Positions 51,340 to 64,000 of a DNA stretch of 64,000 nt are shown here, piece after piece. Both the position numbers and the translations under genes were made by a program. The stretch covers positions 3,648,075-3,712,074 of the forward strand of contig OZ199838.1 in the NCBI GenBank assembly GCA_964304625.1. The letters are read 5' to 3'. Numbering within the stretch: position 1 is the first letter of the stretch; every line of letters starts with the position of its first letter. A model generated the notes under the pieces. That model did not search any database. It worked only from the letters and a program-made list of their open reading frames with translations, and was not told the DNA's origin. This DNA is from Kudoa neothunni. Lineage: Eukaryota; Animalia; Cnidaria.

Positions 51340-51836
51340 ATCGAGATTAACGGCGGAGTTAATTGTTTGTTTGTAGCCACTAACTCTAATACCGCCCATG
51401 AGGAATAACGGCTCACAAACACGATATATAAGGATTAAATCGCTATTTACAAACAACCACATAACAATGATTGCAACAAAAAAGACATTCAATACAATTT
51501 TCAGTGAAGAGAAAAATTATCTTATAGAATGTGGCATTCTTTAATAGCCTACTAGTTGAATTAAACGTGGTGGAATCAGATTTTCGATCTACAGAAAACA
51601 TTGGCGATGTTGTGCAGTCTTGTGGGAAAGTAGTCTCCATTTTTGACTGTACGGTCTTCAAAAACATGAAATTTAAAGTTAACAACTTCATGGGGTTGGT
51701 TTATTATTGGTTAGTGGGTGTAAAAACCCTTAGCTTGATCACTATTACTGGTCACTCTCCTCAGACTATCACTAACTAACCATTACAGGGCTTCCCGTTG
51801 GAGGTCCAAGATTCATGTCTAGAGCCAACGAAAAAA
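51340..51836 (+). mobile_element. Possible 3' fragment of a non-LTR retrotransposon
   Basis: Degenerate Cys motif SCGKVVSIFDC, then a structured tail GGTTAGTGGGTGTAAAAACCC... ending in an A-run. Confidence 0.3.
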
Positions 51837-52471
51837 TTGTACGGCTAAGCATGTTTGTACATAATGTATGGATTCCAAATGATCATAATCTCTCTCGACA
51901 ATGCATAATATGTGCAATCGAAGCCGAAATAACTCTATTTAATAAATAGATATTTGATGAATTTTAGTGAAGATTAATCTATGTTTTCAATCTACTATTT
52001 ACTATTTATTAGTATATGAAATAAAAATGATAACTTATTCCTCTTTCATTCGTGAATAAATTATTATTCCGTTTAAATTTTAAATGGAACAACGTACAAA
52101 ATTATAAAGAATTTACTTTTTAATGGGAAAGATAAACGACATTAAAGGATTTTAAAATTGATGAATTATTAAAAATTGTATTATTATTTTTAATTAAATT
52201 ATATGGCAAGTAAGAATTAAATTTTAATTAATGTCAAGGTTACGTTATTTAGATTTTTTGTCCAATTATTTAAAATTACATATATTGTGCTATAAAATAG
52301 CGAATTTGGCTTGTTTTTTAAATTAAAGGCATCGATATCCAATGAAATTATTCCCATTCCTAGATTACAAACAAGCCTCGTTCAAATTGTTATACAAATC
52401 TCCTACTATTTATTGTGTTTCGCTAATTACATTTCAGAAAAGAAACTATTTCGCATTTTAGTAAAATAATA

Positions 52472-55400
52472 TTAAATTTCGACATCGCTATTATTGTTAA
52501 TGGAACTTTGATGTTGACTAATAGGAGCTTTGCCTGTAGTAGTGGTAGTTTCTAGTTGAGTCGGATCATTCTCATTATTGGAATATTCGTGGCTATCATC
52601 CTTGTCTTCTAGAGGCTGTGAGCATGAAGAATCGTCATCAGATGATGAAATTTGGGTAGTGGCCTGAGTAGCCTGGATGAATTGGGAGACGATTTCTCGA
52701 CCTTGTAAATCTTTGTTTTTCAGATTTCCCATCCAAAACGCTTCACCACAATGATTATTTTCCAACATATTCTACCAAAAGAAACAGGTGAGTTGATCAA
52801 ACATACAAACAAACTAATTAGTATTACTTTGACACCAAAAACTAACTGTTCAAGATTTTTTTTAAGCAACGGCACAAAAGCTGCAAGTGAAATATCCTTG
52901 GTTGCCTAAATAGATGGCAAAAAATATTATTAAAAAACAATCCTGCTTTGATTTATTTCCAATAGCCAACATTGGAAATTCAAACTTACTTTGGCATGAT
53001 GACAAATATGATGAAGCATTCTTGTAAAGTGTTGTAATTTACGAATGCAAGCTAGAAAAAGATCCTAAAATAATTATAACAATTATTTTTAAAATCTAAT
53101 AATCACTTTATAGGTGAGGAAATCACAACTGAAGAATGAAACCACTTTTTTGTTGAAAACATTCACAATAGCGGTGCAACCCTAGGTGGGGTCAAATTAG
53201 TATTTTATTACCTCTGACAACCGGCTACTTTTACACAACTTCTTAGTATGTCTTTATCATTATTGACCTACGTATATATGAATGTTAATGCTGGATTAAA
53301 TTTACTAATCAATCACCTTAACAATATCCACAAGTTTTGAGGTTATTTCGATATACTTTTCAATCTGTCGCACGTTGTGATTGACATCCAAAGGAGGGTC
53401 ATCTACATCGGCAGGAGTGGTAACTTTTGAAGCCAATTTTTTCGTTCGTGACACGAGGTTAGAAGCGAATTGATCAAGTTGTTTTGAACAGGTAGATATG
53501 GCGACAGCAAAAAATATAGGAAAGCTCTTGCTAAAACACCTCACTTAGTTTAAAATTGGACGTACAACGAAATCCACTTGTTTAAGATGGGCATTTCATC
53601 GCAGGTTGGTTTATTGGAATGACTCCAGCTGACAAAAGTATCGGTGAGATGGGTCAAAAAGGTGGCATCATTTATGTAATCATATTCCAACGTTTTTCTA
53701 TCAAAAACAAAAAAATAATAAAATATAACACGTTAGATAAAATCCAAAAGCATTTGATGTAACTGTTTAATTACAAAAGGTATTTTTTGAGTTTTAAGTT
53801 TCTGACTGTAGCTGCAGATGAAGTGAGAATCAAACGCTGTCCCAATTTGTCCTTGAGTGTATTCTCTACAATAATAGATCAAATCATCAACACTATTCTC
53901 TACTAGCTCATTATGAGAAAGTACCAAGAGTGGTAGAAATGTAAAATCCTTCAACATTGAGAACATTAATAATGTCGAGATAATCCAAGATCTTTTCGAG
54001 TTCACTCTGTTTTTTAATTTGTCCTTCAATAGATTGGCATCTACCAAATGAAGCAATAACTATAACTAAAGATTGTCCCAAGCGTTTTAAAATACAAATA
54101 ATCGATGTTAAGTGAATCTGTAGACAGGGACTTAATTTTAAAACATGAAATCATCCACGATGCCACCTCTAGTATGTAATCAATCAAAGAATGTAATTTT
54201 GGGTTTTCCTAATGTAATATGAGTTTAAAGTTTTGTAGAATTTCCGTCCATTATTTATCGATTTCACTTACATCGTCACATTCAGTCAATTCACTCAGTT
54301 TATAATAAATCAATAAAATTGAACGAAACATTTGAGTATTTTCATTTGTAATTCGACCCGATTCCATACACAAACATTGTCTGCTGTAACATAATATGTA
54401 GTGAACTGACTCCAAAAGATCATCGCTTTTTAGAGCTTCCTAAAAAAGCGTATAAATAAGTCTAGATTTATTCTGAAGGGATTGTAATTATATTCAGCTA
54501 AACTCTGCTCTATTTTCAACTTTGTATGAAAAAGATTTTAATTTCAACGTTCAAATTTTGGAGTAATTTTAGACCACCTAATGTATGTTGTTCGACGCCA
54601 AATTTTGAAGAGATAAAAACGTATTAAAAATATTTTGCTCGTTGAACATACTTGAACAAAATAAATTATAAAATCTACATACTTAATAACAATAATAATA
54701 GAATTATTTAACAGGGTAGGAATAAATAAATAAAATGGCAGCATCAAATTATTCAATCTTTAATATTAGTCCTTAATTTTAAAACTCACTATGTACCTGA
54801 TCAATATGGTCCAAATATTGCGATATTACAACTATCGAGGGGGTGCTAAACAAAAGTTTTCATCTTACCTTATAAAATACAAAAAAATTACTTTGGAAGG
54901 ATTGATTTGATTTTTCGAAGGTAATCGATTAATCGTTTGGTGTCTGATGACTCAATTTGGTTGCCCTAAATAGTGGCATATAGATTTTTGGTCAGACTAC
55001 AAATTAGAAATCACAAATTTTGGAATTTTTTTACGATGCCCTTTTGCTGCAGAAGATACTCTTTTGACAGCGCCATCACTAGTCTTTTCGGAATCAGAGG
55101 AGAAATATGGATAAGTCTGCATGAAGAGAGTATGGATTGATAGATTTTCTAATTGGAGGGCATTTAATAAATATCTAGTATTATAGCGGCGAATGTCCGA
55201 TTATTAGAAAATAATTAAAAATTCGAAATTGCACTATTACTCAATAATTTCACATGTGGGAATGTTAAATCTTTCATCCATATATTTTCTAATTCTGATT
55301 CAGTCATTTACTTGAACTTATTTTTCTCAATTTTTAATGAATAATTTAAATAGATAACATCGTTCAGTTCTACCGTGTTCCCTGAATATAGGACAGGTCT

Positions 55401-58400
55401 TTATTTTTCGGTTAAATTTTATATTTGCGACACAAAACTTCTATGCATTACCGGGCTTACATAACAAAATAAAAATACTTTTTTTAGATAAAAAAATTTT
55501 TGTTGAAACAAACATGCTATGAGACATAATTTAACGAATATGTGGGTTTTTTCTCTAACAATGATGATAAAAATACAAAAGCTGCGTTTTATGAGTATTA
55601 TACTTTGAAAATTTTTATTATTTTTAACTACCCATTAAAATTCCATTCTTGGAGGTATTTTGTTATATAGTTAAAACATCCATATTTTGAATATTTTACT
55701 AGGTGTTATTTTTAGGGTAGGTCTTATACTAGAAACTAACTCAAGAATACCATTGGATCTTGTAATCGATGTAGATCTTATAATAGGTAAAACATTGTAT
55801 ATGGATTAATGATGGAAAAATAGAATCCATTAACGCTTTATGGGCCATCTTGGGTTCTATTGAGCCGTCTATGCATTACGTAAAGCTTTACTTATGATAA
55901 AATTCGAACTTCTATTCCCAAATTTCACGTATATTCATAAAATTTAGTTTTTTTTGTCTATTTTATTTTTTTTATTAATTTAATCTTAATCCCATTATGG
56001 ATTAATTTGAAACCGCTGTTAAAAACCTGATGTATTGTAAAATTAGAAATCCGAATTTTAGTTAATCTGCTGCTCAATTTGGAGCGTATTTGTATTTGTT
56101 TGAAGTAATTAAAATATCATCGAATTACGAAAATATAACGTCAGGCGTCAGGCGAACTTAAGGATTTCTTAGAATATATAAATGCATTAGATGAAAGTTC
56201 AGCTGATGGATTAAGTAATGAGCAAATTTTTTCTAAAATTCTTCATCATCATATGATCGATATTTTTTAATCCATAGGCTCTGATCTATAAGCCTAAGGT
56301 GTTCCAAATCATGAGCGCAACAAAGTGGTTCTCACAAAGGGTTAATTTGATTCAAATTATGTGAATATATTTAATAAATTAATCAAACAATCACTAAAAA
56401 AACAAATGCTATAATTCAGTTATTTTTATGATTTTCCGTTCTTTATTATTATTATTATTATAATTACTATTTGGACCCTCAAAATTAATTTTAAACTCCT
56501 GTCATCAAAAAAAGAGATTGTAACCCGTTTTTAAATCGAAACGATGATTTAAAAAGTGCATATACCTTAAAAATAGAAAACAAAGTTAATAAATACAAGA
56601 GTTTATCGGTAAATAATTTAAAATTAAATATAAAGGGAAAACATAAGAAAATTCATGCAAAAACACCTCTTAAAAGCTAATTTTTATATTTGCTTTATTA
56701 CAATGTAAAAATTAAATCACTTAACTTAAAAATCGGGCATTCACTCACTGAAACGAATAAATATGCTTACTCAGCAGTATATCTGCTAAACATCGATGGT
56801 AGGTAAAAAATTGTGTTATATGAGTGGGATCGATAGTTTGATTATTATTGTGGTAAAAATTGATCACCTATAGAAAAATGATTTCGACCAATGTTAACTA
56901 AAGTTTAATACCTCAATTAACCAGTTGATTCCAATTAAACACGCAATCAAATTTAGAAGAATTTCATTATCCTCCAAGTCATCATCACACAAACGCTCAA
57001 TTGTAGGTAACAGAATAGGCATATCTACATTGAGATATGAATGTAATATTTATTGGTAAAGCAAATGTGTGTGTACTTGTGAGTTTCAAAAGAGGGGAAT
57101 CGGTGGAGATGGTTACATACTTATGACAGTTGACCAGAAAAGTTAATGTTTGTGGAAGTATGACAAACAATGAGTCCACCGAGTCAATTGTATCAGGTTG
57201 CAAAAGACGGAAGGTCATTTGAACCACATCCCACACCAGGTTTTCTTGTGTCTGTGAAGACAAAGTTACAAGTTTTCGATTTGGATTATTGTGACTGTCC
57301 ATAGCAATCAAATAAGGGTTTACAAGACCATCCAATCGATTGCTAACAATCGAGCAAGTATCATTAAGAAGATCGGTATTCGATTGGGAATCGGTGGATT
57401 GGAGTTTTTTAGTCAAACAGCCCATAAATTGAGTCAAATCCTCTTGATCGTTATCTCTCGAAAATTCGAAATACATTTTTATGCAATTGTTTAAGAGTTT
57501 GCTGTTGTTGTTAGTGTTTCTATACAAAACATGCAGTCAATAAACATACAAAAAGTTACGTCGACGACGTCAGGAAATCAAGCAGCGTTTCTACCATTGC
57601 TATACACCCTTTAGATGCATAGCTGGAAGTCCTATTTAAGATTAAAATAGTTCTACATTCAGTTGATGTTACAATCCATGGATGTAAAGTTGTTTCTCTA
57701 TGAAAAATGCAAGTAACTCTTCCAAATCAAGTTGGTTCTAAAGTGACCAAATTAAGTGCAAGACCTCCCTCAACCCAAAATCCCATACTATATGGTCATC
57801 AACGCTATCCACTGAAAGCTGATAATGACATAAGAACCGTAAAATCTCATCAAAAGTTAGTATACTGAAGTCATAAGGATCGTAAACAACATTCTAATCG
57901 AGAATCACATTAGTAGTAATAGTATCTCACCAACTATACCTTTATTAGCTCGATAACACTTGTTTCAAGTAACAAAGGTGGATTGGCTTGATAAATTTGA
58001 CGCAATGCTTGCATATGAGCGCGTGCCGATGCATCTTTTGATGTTAAACCTCGCACAAGCATCAATCCAATAAAATACTTAATAGAACAAATTTCAAAGT
58101 TGCGCTCACAGACAACTATTATTTATTACTCGTTTACATTCTGCAGATAGGTTACGATAGAAATTATGACATCCCATCAATCCACTAGTGTTTAATGTGT
58201 GATCCTTATTGAAACACCACACCAACATTAGCTGAGAGATTGTCTGGTGTTCACAATCAAAAAACTATAACAACCATAAAAAAATTAATAATTGAACAAG
58301 TGTTGATGACGGATTCACCTCTGAGAGTAGTTTAAACACAAGCTCAACTTTAGATTTTGAATCTTCTGAATTAAAATCAAACAAATGCAGAAGATTAGAG

Positions 58401-60034
58401 CTTTTTTTCAATGTTTCCTCTACACACATAATCATCAATAGAATGAGATCGATTTCTGCAAGCTCGTAATTAGGTGTGGTTGAGATTTGCTATGGTATTT
58501 CTTTTTAAAATGCTTCACATACAACGATAATTACATTCTTCCAATATTTCAACAGTTTTCCACAAATGGCACTTCTACTTATGATAGAAACAATACCGGA
58601 CATCCATTTACTGTTGACAGATTCTCTAGAAACATTAATTAATTAATTAATTAAAATGTGACTAAAGGAAAGCAAAAAGTATAAGTTTGGCCAAAAGTAA
58701 ACAATAAGTAAAAGTGCGGCTGATTATGGTTAATACATTTGGTAAGAGATCCAGAATGAACATTTTTGAGTGATAAAATCCAGTATCTATGAGAAAAATG
58801 ATTTTATTGAAATAGGTGAGATATGATGACAAAAACTTTAGAGAGATCAGCTTCAGTTGATCCTGTGGTGGAGTCGATAATAACCTCCAAACACAAACTC
58901 ATCAGATGAGGAGATTTATTGGCCAATTTCATAAATTTGGATCTCACCTACCAGAGATATCAGCGACTTTCTAATAAATTATTGGATTGCCTGTGTAAAC
59001 ATTTCAGGGGTCAATTTAAGTAATCCTATAGTTTTAATGGCGGTAGCTAAAAAAGTCTCTTCCATTGCACGGGCTTCATCGGTTAGATCACTATTTAAAG
59101 ATTTAGGGATATTAGGAGGTAAAATAGGGGGAATTTCTAAATTCTTACAGTATTTTACAGGCGAAATCATCATGAAACCGCTGATCAAAAATATCACAAA
59201 GCGTCATTAGTAAGTCCTGTTTTTGAGGGGTAGACAACACATTGAAAACGCCAAAAAATAAATTAAGAAATTTCTACAAGACACACATGCATAGATAAAC
59301 ATTAAACAATCCCCAATACAAAATACATCTCCATTGTTAAATGTTGACAACCAGCGAAATTGTGAAATGATCTGAAGTGGTAAAGCCTCAAATTTTGACG
59401 GTGACTTCTTCATCACTTTAGCCATTTGATTCAGTACCATTTCTGCAATTGGGAACTGCGAAAATTCAAATTTACTGCCGAAAAATCTGTGATAATTTTA
59501 CTTGAACAGACGGTACGTCAATTAGAATCTGAAACAATGACACGCTACCCACACCACTGGCGTTGTTGCTATCAAATTTATATCAGTTCACATGCACCAT
59601 AGAATCAATTACTTTTGTTCTGTTTCCATTGGAGACAGAAATGCCAAAAAACTAATTCGATAAGAATATTAAAAATGCTCTATTAAAAAATAACTTTTCA
59701 TCTTTTTCACTGATCAATTTCTTGAGATAATCACGCATTTGAAGTTGCAACTAAAAATCAATATTAAATTGACTGGATAAGTTAATTAGCTACTTGCTCA
59801 TCCTTTTGAAAAGAAACTATAAGTTTTGGTTTCAATTGTTGTATCTCCCCCTCTAATTTAGTTTAGATGTGTATAAATTCACAATTTGATGTGTATATGT
59901 GTGTTAGGAAAATACCTGATTTCCACTGATTCGCATTGGAATCAAAGTGAATACCGTTGTTCTGGAGTATACTAACTGATTAAGGGTTGTAGTAATAAAG
60001 CAATGAATACAAAATACGTACCAAGGGGTGTCAT
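52472..60034 (-). CDS. FANCD2: Fanconi anemia group D2 protein
   Basis: [12 protein letters not shown]; [12 protein letters not shown] (K561-equivalent codon at 57693-57695); C-terminal [29 protein letters not shown] plus acidic tail; many short introns; start inferred. Confidence 0.93.
55372..55797. mobile_element. Tc2/pogo-like MITE in a FANCD2 intron
   Basis: TA|CCGTGTTCCCTGAATATAGGAC and degenerate inverted ...CTTATAATAGGTAAAACATTG|TA, with repeated GGTCTTAT subterminal motifs. Confidence 0.45.
55834..56341. mobile_element. piggyBac-like MITE in a FANCD2 intron
   Basis: TTAA|CGCTTTATG ... CACAAAGGG|TTAA. Confidence 0.45.
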
Positions 60035-62227
60035 AGTTTCGTGAGTGTTCGATAATCCGCGCCAAAATTATTGTAACACCTACATCAAACCCTTTCTCTC
60101 TAAATTTTGACCCTTATCAATTTTCTGCGAAAAGAATCCATATTATTTAATTATTTATTTGTAAATATTAAAATTTTGTGAATTTTTTATAGTAATTTTT
60201 GCACCAATTATGAATTACTTAGCCCATATAGATGAAATACAATTTATTGGTATTGATTCATTCTTAAATTTTGTGAATCTCCCACAAATTAATATAAGTA
60301 TACACACATGTAATATTGATTGTACGGAAATGGACAATTAATAGAAATAGCGCATGAGCACAATTTATAATGGTATAGTTTAATTATTTAATGTGTTTTT
60401 AAATATACCTCAAAAAATTTTAAATTCGATTATACTTACTAATTATTAACACATATGATAAATAACACTGAAAATTTAATTTACGATCGTCGCGCGCGTA
60501 TTTCCTTACATGGAATAAAAACACAGATTAAATTTATCTAATGAGAATTTGAGCTACAGTTGTGCTTCGATATTGCGTAATTTAGTTTTATTAGCATTAT
60601 GTGATTTAATTCACTAAATCCAACATAAAAATCATATTCAGTATGCTTAAATGGATAGTTTTACGAAAAAACAAAAATTTTGAACAAGCGGATACAAATC
60701 AAATTAGCATAAACCTTGTGTCTCGCTATCGCTACCGCTATTGCGTAACTCATTTTTTTTATTTCAATCCCTTTAATCTGATGAATGTACTATAAAAAGC
60801 ATAACAAGTTCTCATATAACTAATAAAGATATAATAAAAAAATTGATTACTATAATTTTTTGAAGTCTATATCGAGTTCTAATGATATTACTGTAAAATG
60901 TTTCAGTTTACCAATTTATATTAACTTCAATATTGTTCGATAATTTAAAATAGGTTATTTAAATCTATTTAGAAGTTTTTTTAAACAAGACGAAACTATT
61001 TATTGAAACATTACAAAATTTTGAAAAATATTTAAACTTCAAAAATATATAGATATTAAAATAATTTTTACAATTGGATGGTTTCAATGCGAGAAAAAAA
61101 TTAATATCTAGTTTTATTAATGATCTAAAAATCTTGTGTTATTACCAAAGATATTGGAATAAAAGATTTCAGTGGGAATCGAGAGTTAGTTTAATAATTG
61201 CAGAAGGCGTTACGGTCTGAAAAACTCAAATCGCACGGAGAAGAGCGCTCATTTTAAATATATTTATCTATGGTTGAGACATTTTACCGAGATTTTGTCA
61301 AGATACAATCTGGGATACATGTACATATTTGATTTGTATGAACAACTTATTTAGATTACGTCCACTATTAAAAATTAACACAGTGTAAGGGTGTAAATCA
61401 ATTCAAAAGCGTGCTACGATGTTTATCACTTCTACAATAACCCAAGAAAAATTTTAATTACACATAATAATAAAATTTTTTGAAAAATCGCTGTTTTACG
61501 GGAATTAGGGAGTTTTCAGTTTAGTGCCATTCGCAAATGAATGTGTGATTATCTTCATTTGTATTTTATCAAATTCTCAAAGATGTGGACCCGAGATTCA
61601 TTCAAGTTAATAGAAAGATTTTTATTTAATTACAAAAGTGCTCATATTGTCCTTAATCGGTCGATTATTTCGAATACATCCAGCTCCTACTTCTATCAAA
61701 AACATTACTTGTGTGGTGCAACCAATTTATTTGGGAATAATTCCCCCCTAAAAAACCAATTAGAGAAAAATATTTAAGTATGCCGTACTCTATTACTTAA
61801 ATATGTTAAAATAAATTGGGGAATCGTTACAGTTAAAAAATTAATAATTAAGATATTAATCAGCCTATTTTCAAACAAAAATAATTGATTTGTTCTTCAT
61901 TTTTATTAAAAAATTAGCAAGATAAAACTTTAACGTAGTGTGATGATGAAATACCATTAAAAGTAATAAATAGAAAAATTTTAATATTCATATGTGTAGA
62001 TAATAATATTATTTTTTGGAAAAAAACGAAATTTTACATTTAAATTAAGATGATCAAGGTAAATATTCTTTTATAAATGAAAATCCTGATCTCATACACA
62101 ACGATGAAATCGTTACAACGTTTTAGGTATAGATCTTATAAATCCGCGAAAAAACGTATGTCATTGAGAATCCTATTAAATTATTTTCTGCACATCAAGT
62201 TAAGGACGTTTTACGCGAAATTACGAT

Positions 62228-62912
62228 AAGGGGAGTATACGCCTCACCAAATTTAGCCTTTTCCACATGCCCGACATTCCCGATTTTATTCAACACTTGT
62301 TTTACACTATTTTTAAATATTGAATGTACAGAAAGAACTCAAAAATCATTATCTTGAAAATTATGACATCTGCCCTTCGGACTAAATCGGAACGCGCACA
62401 CGCTCGTGCTCATTTTGGTTTTTTGGGTTTTCCGTTGTTTTCAGCTCAATAAGATCATTAAAACAACTTTTATACAACTAGTTTCTTTTTATTATTTTTA
62501 AATCAATTTAAAACAAAAGCCTATTTATGTTATGCTGTATATACTTTAAAGGTTATAGGAAGAAAATGCAATTTGTATATGTTAGATTTCAATTCCTAAA
62601 ATAAAAAATTTACTTTGAAATTTCAAAAAATTAGTTTTAGTTTATGTAATTTTTTTATATCTTGATAATGGTTGTTAACGAAATGATCATGAAAATACAA
62701 TAGCATGTGATTATATGTTTTTTTATTGTTATTTATATAAATATTTAATAATTACATTTTTTTAATTTTAGAGCTAAAAGACACCTTTAGGTATCAATTT
62801 TGTAATTACGTCTACAAAATACATTATTACTCATACCACTTTAATGTTATTACGTAACATAAAATGGCGAGTGAGAATATGACATATTATTTTTTAACAA
62901 TATACTCCCTTA
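62228..62912. mobile_element. Possible Kolobok-like non-autonomous element
   Basis: TAAGGGGAGTATAC is inverted to ATATACTCCCTTA; TSD imperfect. Confidence 0.3.
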
Positions 62913-63774
62913 TTACCGAAATCACCAATAAATTAATAATAAATTATAAAGAAGATGAGTTATTACGCAATATCGAGACACAGCTGTATCTTAGAGACCT
63001 AATTTCTGCCAAACTAAAAAATTAGAATGCGTATGACCTGCAGTCTGTAACCTCAAAAATATTTTGAAGTATAATTGTAAAAATAGTCACATAGGAAAAT
63101 TTCTGGATATTTTAAGTAAATTTTAATCGTAAACAGCATGTATGTTTGCGCCATATAAATTTTGAATTCCGGAATTTCTTGTTCACAAGTTTTATAAGGA
63201 TTTGTTTTTTTAGAATCTGCTAACAAAAATTAAAGTCCAACCTCAAACTTCGACCAAAATCCGTTCTAGAAATGTGTCCGAGCTCCGAATAATTTTTACC
63301 CATGCAAAATAATGAAAATTAATTTAATCCGTTACCGCAAATCAAATAAATGACTATTTTTATTCTTATTTATGAAAAAACATGCCTACGCCGTGTTTAA
63401 AAAATATAACAAATAAATTTTAATAGTAATAATAAAAATAAAATAAATATTTTTTGGTTGTCATACGATAGATTAAGAGGTTTCTCTTTAGTTGGCGCTC
63501 TTACAATTTGATTGAATGACTCTTCTTCTAGAATTTTGTTTCTTATCTGTTCTTTTCCAACTGGATTTGTTCTTAATACTTTTACTATATGTGTTTGAAT
63601 TCAGAAGTGTTTCTGACTCAAACCCTTGGTCAAACGACGCTCCGAGATGGCTCTGATTTTTTGGTTCCCAAGAGCGAAATGATGGGTCAGAAATAATTAA
63701 ATATAGTCAAAACTAGAAACACCCTAGTATTATTTACAATGTAAACAGTCACATTCGTTTATTTTTATTTGTTG

Positions 63775-64000
63775 CAGGCTCCCAGAGCCAACTCCCTTGA
63801 AGGGATAGGTAGGGTTAGCCGTGTACCCTAGAAAGGACACAGATTTTTAGCAGGCCAAGCTGGTTGGATTAAGCGAGATATTGTGATGATTGCCTCCCTC
63901 CACTGACTTCTGCACTACCTGAAGGAATGACCATTCCATTATGGTGGTTATTCATGGCGTTATCTGATCTTATGATGATTCGCCGGGTGTCTATTCCGAG
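63775..64000 (+). other. Second copy of the structured GAGCCAAC-hairpin-TAGG motif
   Basis: CAGAGCCAAC TCCCT-TGA-AGGGA TAGG ... GTGTACC...GGACAC AGATTTTTAG; GC-rich to the window end. Confidence 0.45.

Noticed and set aside
57673-57737. Apparent loss of the FANCD2 monoubiquitination lysine
   Set aside because: Wrong frame on first reading; the correct frame gives [12 protein letters not shown] with the Lys retained

Overview
AT-rich eukaryotic nuclear DNA with many very short (about 35-60 nt) GT-AG introns, which is why the ORF track fragments every gene. The gene content is animal-like, and the compaction and divergence suggest a reduced parasitic metazoan (inference only). Host genes reconstructed by hand: an ankyrin-repeat/ZU5-type gene (332-7186), POP1 (35278-37627), a 5-finger C2H2 factor with a C-terminal WRPF motif (38432-39706), Rpt4/PSMC6 head-to-head with mitochondrial EF-Tu (66 bp between the ATGs), and FANCD2 (52472-60034). 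The 10-34 kb accessory region is a transposon-rich tandem cluster of highly diverged CD39/GDA1 (ecto-NTPDase)-like genes. Two copies are intact membrane-protein genes whose apyrase catalytic motifs all appear replaced (candidate pseudoenzyme surface proteins), and two are decayed. This cluster is the best candidate for an undescribed system. Mobile DNA includes piggyBac, hAT, MULE, BEL/Pao, Helitron-like and pogo-like relics, plus a near-intact IS630/Tc1 DD34E element with a probable intron and repeat-built TIRs. All homology calls come from motif recognition by eye, not database searches.
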